This document shows, in pieces, positions 61,177 to 64,000 of a stretch of 64,000 nt of DNA. Origin of the DNA: an uncultured Acidimicrobiia bacterium. Lineage in GTDB: Bacteria; Actinomycetota; Acidimicrobiia; Acidimicrobiales; AC-14. The stretch is taken from assembly GCA_963836205.1 (NCBI GenBank), contig CAWIIV010000017.1:128001-192000 (forward strand), written 5' to 3'. The number at the start of each line of letters is the position of its first letter. Position 1 is the stretch's first letter. The notes under the pieces were generated by a model that made no database searches, was not told the DNA's origin, and saw only the letters and a program-made list of their open reading frames with translations. A program made the translations under genes and the position numbers.

Positions 61177-62181
61177 TTAACGATCGGCACCCATGAACAA
61201 AACCTTGAGGGATTCGAATGCTTCCAGGCACTTCCCGGCCCCCAGGACGACGCATTCAAGGGGCGCGTCGACCAGATGGACGGGAAGTGACGTCTCCTCC
61301 GACAGCCGCTGGTCGAAGCCGCGCAGCATGCCGCCGCCGCCGACGAGGTGGATGCCCTGGCGGATGAGGTCCTGGGCCAGCTCCGGAGGGGCGAAGCCGA
61401 GGCAGCGCACCACGGAGTCGACGATCGCCCGCACCTGCTCGCTGATCGCCTCCCGGATCTCCTCGGGGGCGAGGATGGCGGTCTTGGGCAGGCCGCTCAT
61501 GAGGTCGCGACCCCGGACCTCGGCCTTGAGCTCGTCGACGGTGGGATAGGCCGACCCGATGGCCAGCTTGATCTCCTCGGCTGTCCGCTCGCCGATGGCC
61601 ATCCCGTACTCGCGCCGGACGTAGGACTGGATGGAGGCGTCGATGTCGAAGGACCCGACGCGGATCGCCTCCAGGGCCACGATCCCGCCCAGGGAGATCA
61701 TCGCCGTCTCCGACGTGCCGCCGCCGATGTCGACGACCATGTTCCCCAGCGGCTCGTGGATGGGCAGGCCGGCACCGATGGCGGCGGCCATGGGCTGAGC
61801 CACCAACTGGGCGTCGGTGGCGCCCGCCTGGCGGGCCGCCTCCTTCACCGCCCGCCGCTCCACCTCGGTGATGGCCGACGGGACGCAGAGCAGGACCCGG
61901 GGCCGCTGGAACCGCGACAGGCCCGCCCGTTGGAGCAGGAGCCGGATCATGCGCTGGGTGATCTCGAAGTCGGTGATGGCGCCCTGGCGCAGGGGCCGCA
62001 CGGCGCGGATGTAGCCGGGCGTGCGGCCGATCATCTGCCACGCCTGGTGGCCCATGGCGAGGACGTCGCGCGTCTGCTCGTTGAGGGCGATCACCGTCGG
62101 CTCGTTGAGGACGATCCCCCTGCCCTTGGCGTAGACCAGGGTGTTGGCCGTGCCCAAGTCGATGGCGAGGTCCCTAGCCAG
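61177..62181 (-). CDS. mreB: Rod shape-determining protein MreB
   Basis: DLAIDLGTANTLVY, PLRQGAITDF, VDIGGGT, IGERTAEEIK; apparent CTG start at 62181. Confidence 0.95.
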   Translation of the reverse strand: MARDLAIDLGTANTLVYAKGRGIVLNEPTVIALNEQTRDVLAMGHQAWQMIGRTPGYIRAVRPLRQGAITDFEITQRMIRLLLQRAGLSRFQRPRVLLCVPSAITEVERRAVKEAARQAGATDAQLVAQPMAAAIGAGLPIHEPLGNMVVDIGGGTSETAMISLGGIVALEAIRVGSFDIDASIQSYVRREYGMAIGERTAEEIKLAIGSAYPTVDELKAEVRGRDLMSGLPKTAILAPEEIREAISEQVRAIVDSVVRCLGFAPPELAQDLIRQGIHLVGGGGMLRGFDQRLSEETSLPVHLVDAPLECVVLGAGKCLEAFESLKVLFMGADR

Positions 62182-62398
62182 GGCGGCGGCCTCTCCGGGG
62201 GGGAGCCCGCCACGGCGCGACCGGGCGGACCGTCGGGGACGTTGGTCCCGGAGAATCGGGGGCGAGGGCCTCCAACTCCCGGGCGAAGGCCCGGATGTGG
62301 GCGTCGACCGACCGGGGCGGCCGGTTGCGGACCCACAGCACGAAGAAGCCGATCGCGCTCAGCACGGCCGCGATCCCGAGGAAGATGAGGGCGCTCAA
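62174..62398 (-). CDS. Small membrane protein
   Basis: LSALIFLGIAAVLSAIGFFVLW..FARELEALAP; overlaps the moaE stop and the mreB start. Confidence 0.6.
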   Translation of the reverse strand: MSALIFLGIAAVLSAIGFFVLWVRNRPPRSVDAHIRAFARELEALAPDSPGPTSPTVRPVAPWRAPPRRGRRPG

Positions 62399-62910
62399 CG
62401 AGCCTCGCTCATGGGGGCCTCGCTCATGGGGGCCTCGCGCAGGGAACCGACCTCGGAGATGGAGGCGTGGCCGGTCGACCAGTCGTCGCCACCGGCCCAC
62501 GCCTCCCGCTTCCAGATGGGGACGGTGGTCTTCAGGGTGTCGATGCAGTAGCGGGCGGCCTCGAAGGCGGTGTCGCGATGGGGCGACGACGCCACCACGA
62601 CCACCGACGATTCCCCCACGGCCAGGTCGCCGAGGCGGTGGAGCAGGACCAGGCGGACGACGTCGGGCCACCGGGCGCGGGCGTCGGCGGCGATGGCGGC
62701 CAGCCGGGGCTCGACCTCCTCCTCGTACGCCTCGTAGGAGAGACGGTGCACGCCCGGCCGCCCCGGGGAGAAGTCGCGGACGTTGCCCGTGAACAGGACC
62801 GCGGCTCCACAACTCGGCAGCCCGGCCCACCTCAGGGCATCGTCGAGGGGAAGCGGGTCGGCGGTGAGGCCCACCCAGTCGTTACGAGCGCACGGAGGCG
62901 CGAGGCCCAT
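62395..62910 (-). CDS. moaE: Molybdopterin synthase catalytic subunit
   Basis: GAAVLFTGNVR, LSYEAY, HRLGDL..SSPHR, LKTTVPIWKRE. Confidence 0.93.
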   Translation of the reverse strand: MGLAPPCARNDWVGLTADPLPLDDALRWAGLPSCGAAVLFTGNVRDFSPGRPGVHRLSYEAYEEEVEPRLAAIAADARARWPDVVRLVLLHRLGDLAVGESSVVVVASSPHRDTAFEAARYCIDTLKTTVPIWKREAWAGGDDWSTGHASISEVGSLREAPMSEAPMSEAR

Positions 62911-63043
62911 CGGCCACCATGGTACCGGGGGGGTGGCCGCCGGACCCGATCCTCCCGTACCGAGGCTCGCCACCGACCGGGCGGCGGACTTTCGGGGCCG
63001 GGCCGCGACCGTCCCGGAGGGCGCCCCCGATAAGCTGCGAGGG

Positions 63044-64000
63044 ATGGAGTTCGTCGAGCCAGAGGACGAACCCGGCCTGTTCCGGAACCCTCTCCCACCC
63101 GACGACCGCCTGTGGCGCCATCCGTCGGAAGTGGGCGCCGGCCTGCCCCCCATTTTACCGCCGGCGGACTGGGCGCCAGCCTCGCCGGCGGGCCCACGCT
63201 CTCCGGGGCAATCGACGAGGCTCGGCCGTCGATGTGGCTGGTGGCGGCGGTATCGGCGGTGAGCGCGGGCTTGCTGGCCACCGGCCTGGTGATGGTCACG
63301 GTCGGCCTGGTGGGCACCGGCGAACAGCTCCGACCGGCGGTGGAGCGCCAGATGGAGCCTCGGCCCATCGACGCCGTCAGCACCGGGGTGGTCGACGTCG
63401 CCGCCCAGGCCCGGGAGGCGGTGGTCCAGCTCCGGCTCGGCGGCACCTCCACCGTCGTCGGCTCCGGCGTCATCTTCCGCAGCGACGGCCACCTGCTCAC
63501 CAGCGCGGCGGTGCTCGGCACCGCCTCCTGGGTCCGGGTCCGGTTCGACAGCGGCCGAGAGGTCACCGGCCGGGTGCTCGGCACCGACGTCGCCACCGAC
63601 CTGGCGGTGATCAAGCTGGACGGGAGCGGCCCCTTCCCCTCCGCGGTGCTGGGCAGCTCGGGCGACCTGCGGGTGGGCGAGCAGGCGGTGGCCATCGGCT
63701 GCCCGATCGAGCTCGTCGGCGGACCGTCGGTCACGGTGGGCATGATCAGCGCCCTCCACCGCTCGGTCCCGCTCGGCGGCGGCGGCATGCTCTTCGACCT
63801 GATCCAGACCGACGCCCGGGTGCCCACCGGGTGGCCCGGTGGCGCCCTGCTCGACTCGTCCGGCAGCGTGATCGGGATCACCACCTCCGCCGGCACCTCG
63901 GCCGGCACCACCGCGACCGCGACCGGCGGCTTCGGGTTCGCCATCCCCATCGACCAGGCTCGCTTCGTGGCCGATCAGATCGTCACCACCGGCCGGGTCG
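63044..64000 (+). CDS. HtrA-like trypsin-fold membrane protein, catalytically degenerate (3' partial; frameshift near 63200)
   Basis: PPDDRLWRHPSE N-terminus, TM, GSGVIF, TDLAVIK, IQTDA, GFAIPID. Confidence 0.82.

Overview
High-GC actinobacterial DNA, probably Acidimicrobiia-like (inferred from gene content), in three parts. (1) 1-21.3 kb is chromosomal/accessory: ABC transporters, several ECF sigma factors, VOC proteins, a MocR regulator, DrrAB, a LigD polymerase, and an unusual translationally coupled four-gene operon at 13430-17861 (PemK/MazF-like gene split by a VNTR, atypical sigma-70-like protein, ZAS anti-sigma fusion, Rad50/SMC-like ATPase with no Mre11 partner). (2) ~21.8-47.8 kb is a stack of three related elements integrated at the 3' end of tRNA-fMet, with att copies at 22593, 30659 and 47785. 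Cargo includes a HigBA-like toxin-antitoxin pair, a SWIM protein, a PrsW-fused nuclease-like toxin followed by a pentapeptide-repeat protein, a subtilase flanked by two free-standing propeptide-like paralogs, a MobF relaxase with xis/int, and a type I restriction-modification system. (3) 47.8-64 kb is conserved backbone: tRNA-fMet, UPF0182, a DivIVA/MuF-like protein, a histidine kinase, a PDZ-Lon protease, a sortase, mreB, moaE and a catalytically dead HtrA-like protein. Many single-base frameshifts suggest assembly indel errors, so pseudogene calls are provisional. All assignments come from motif reading by eye; no searches were run.
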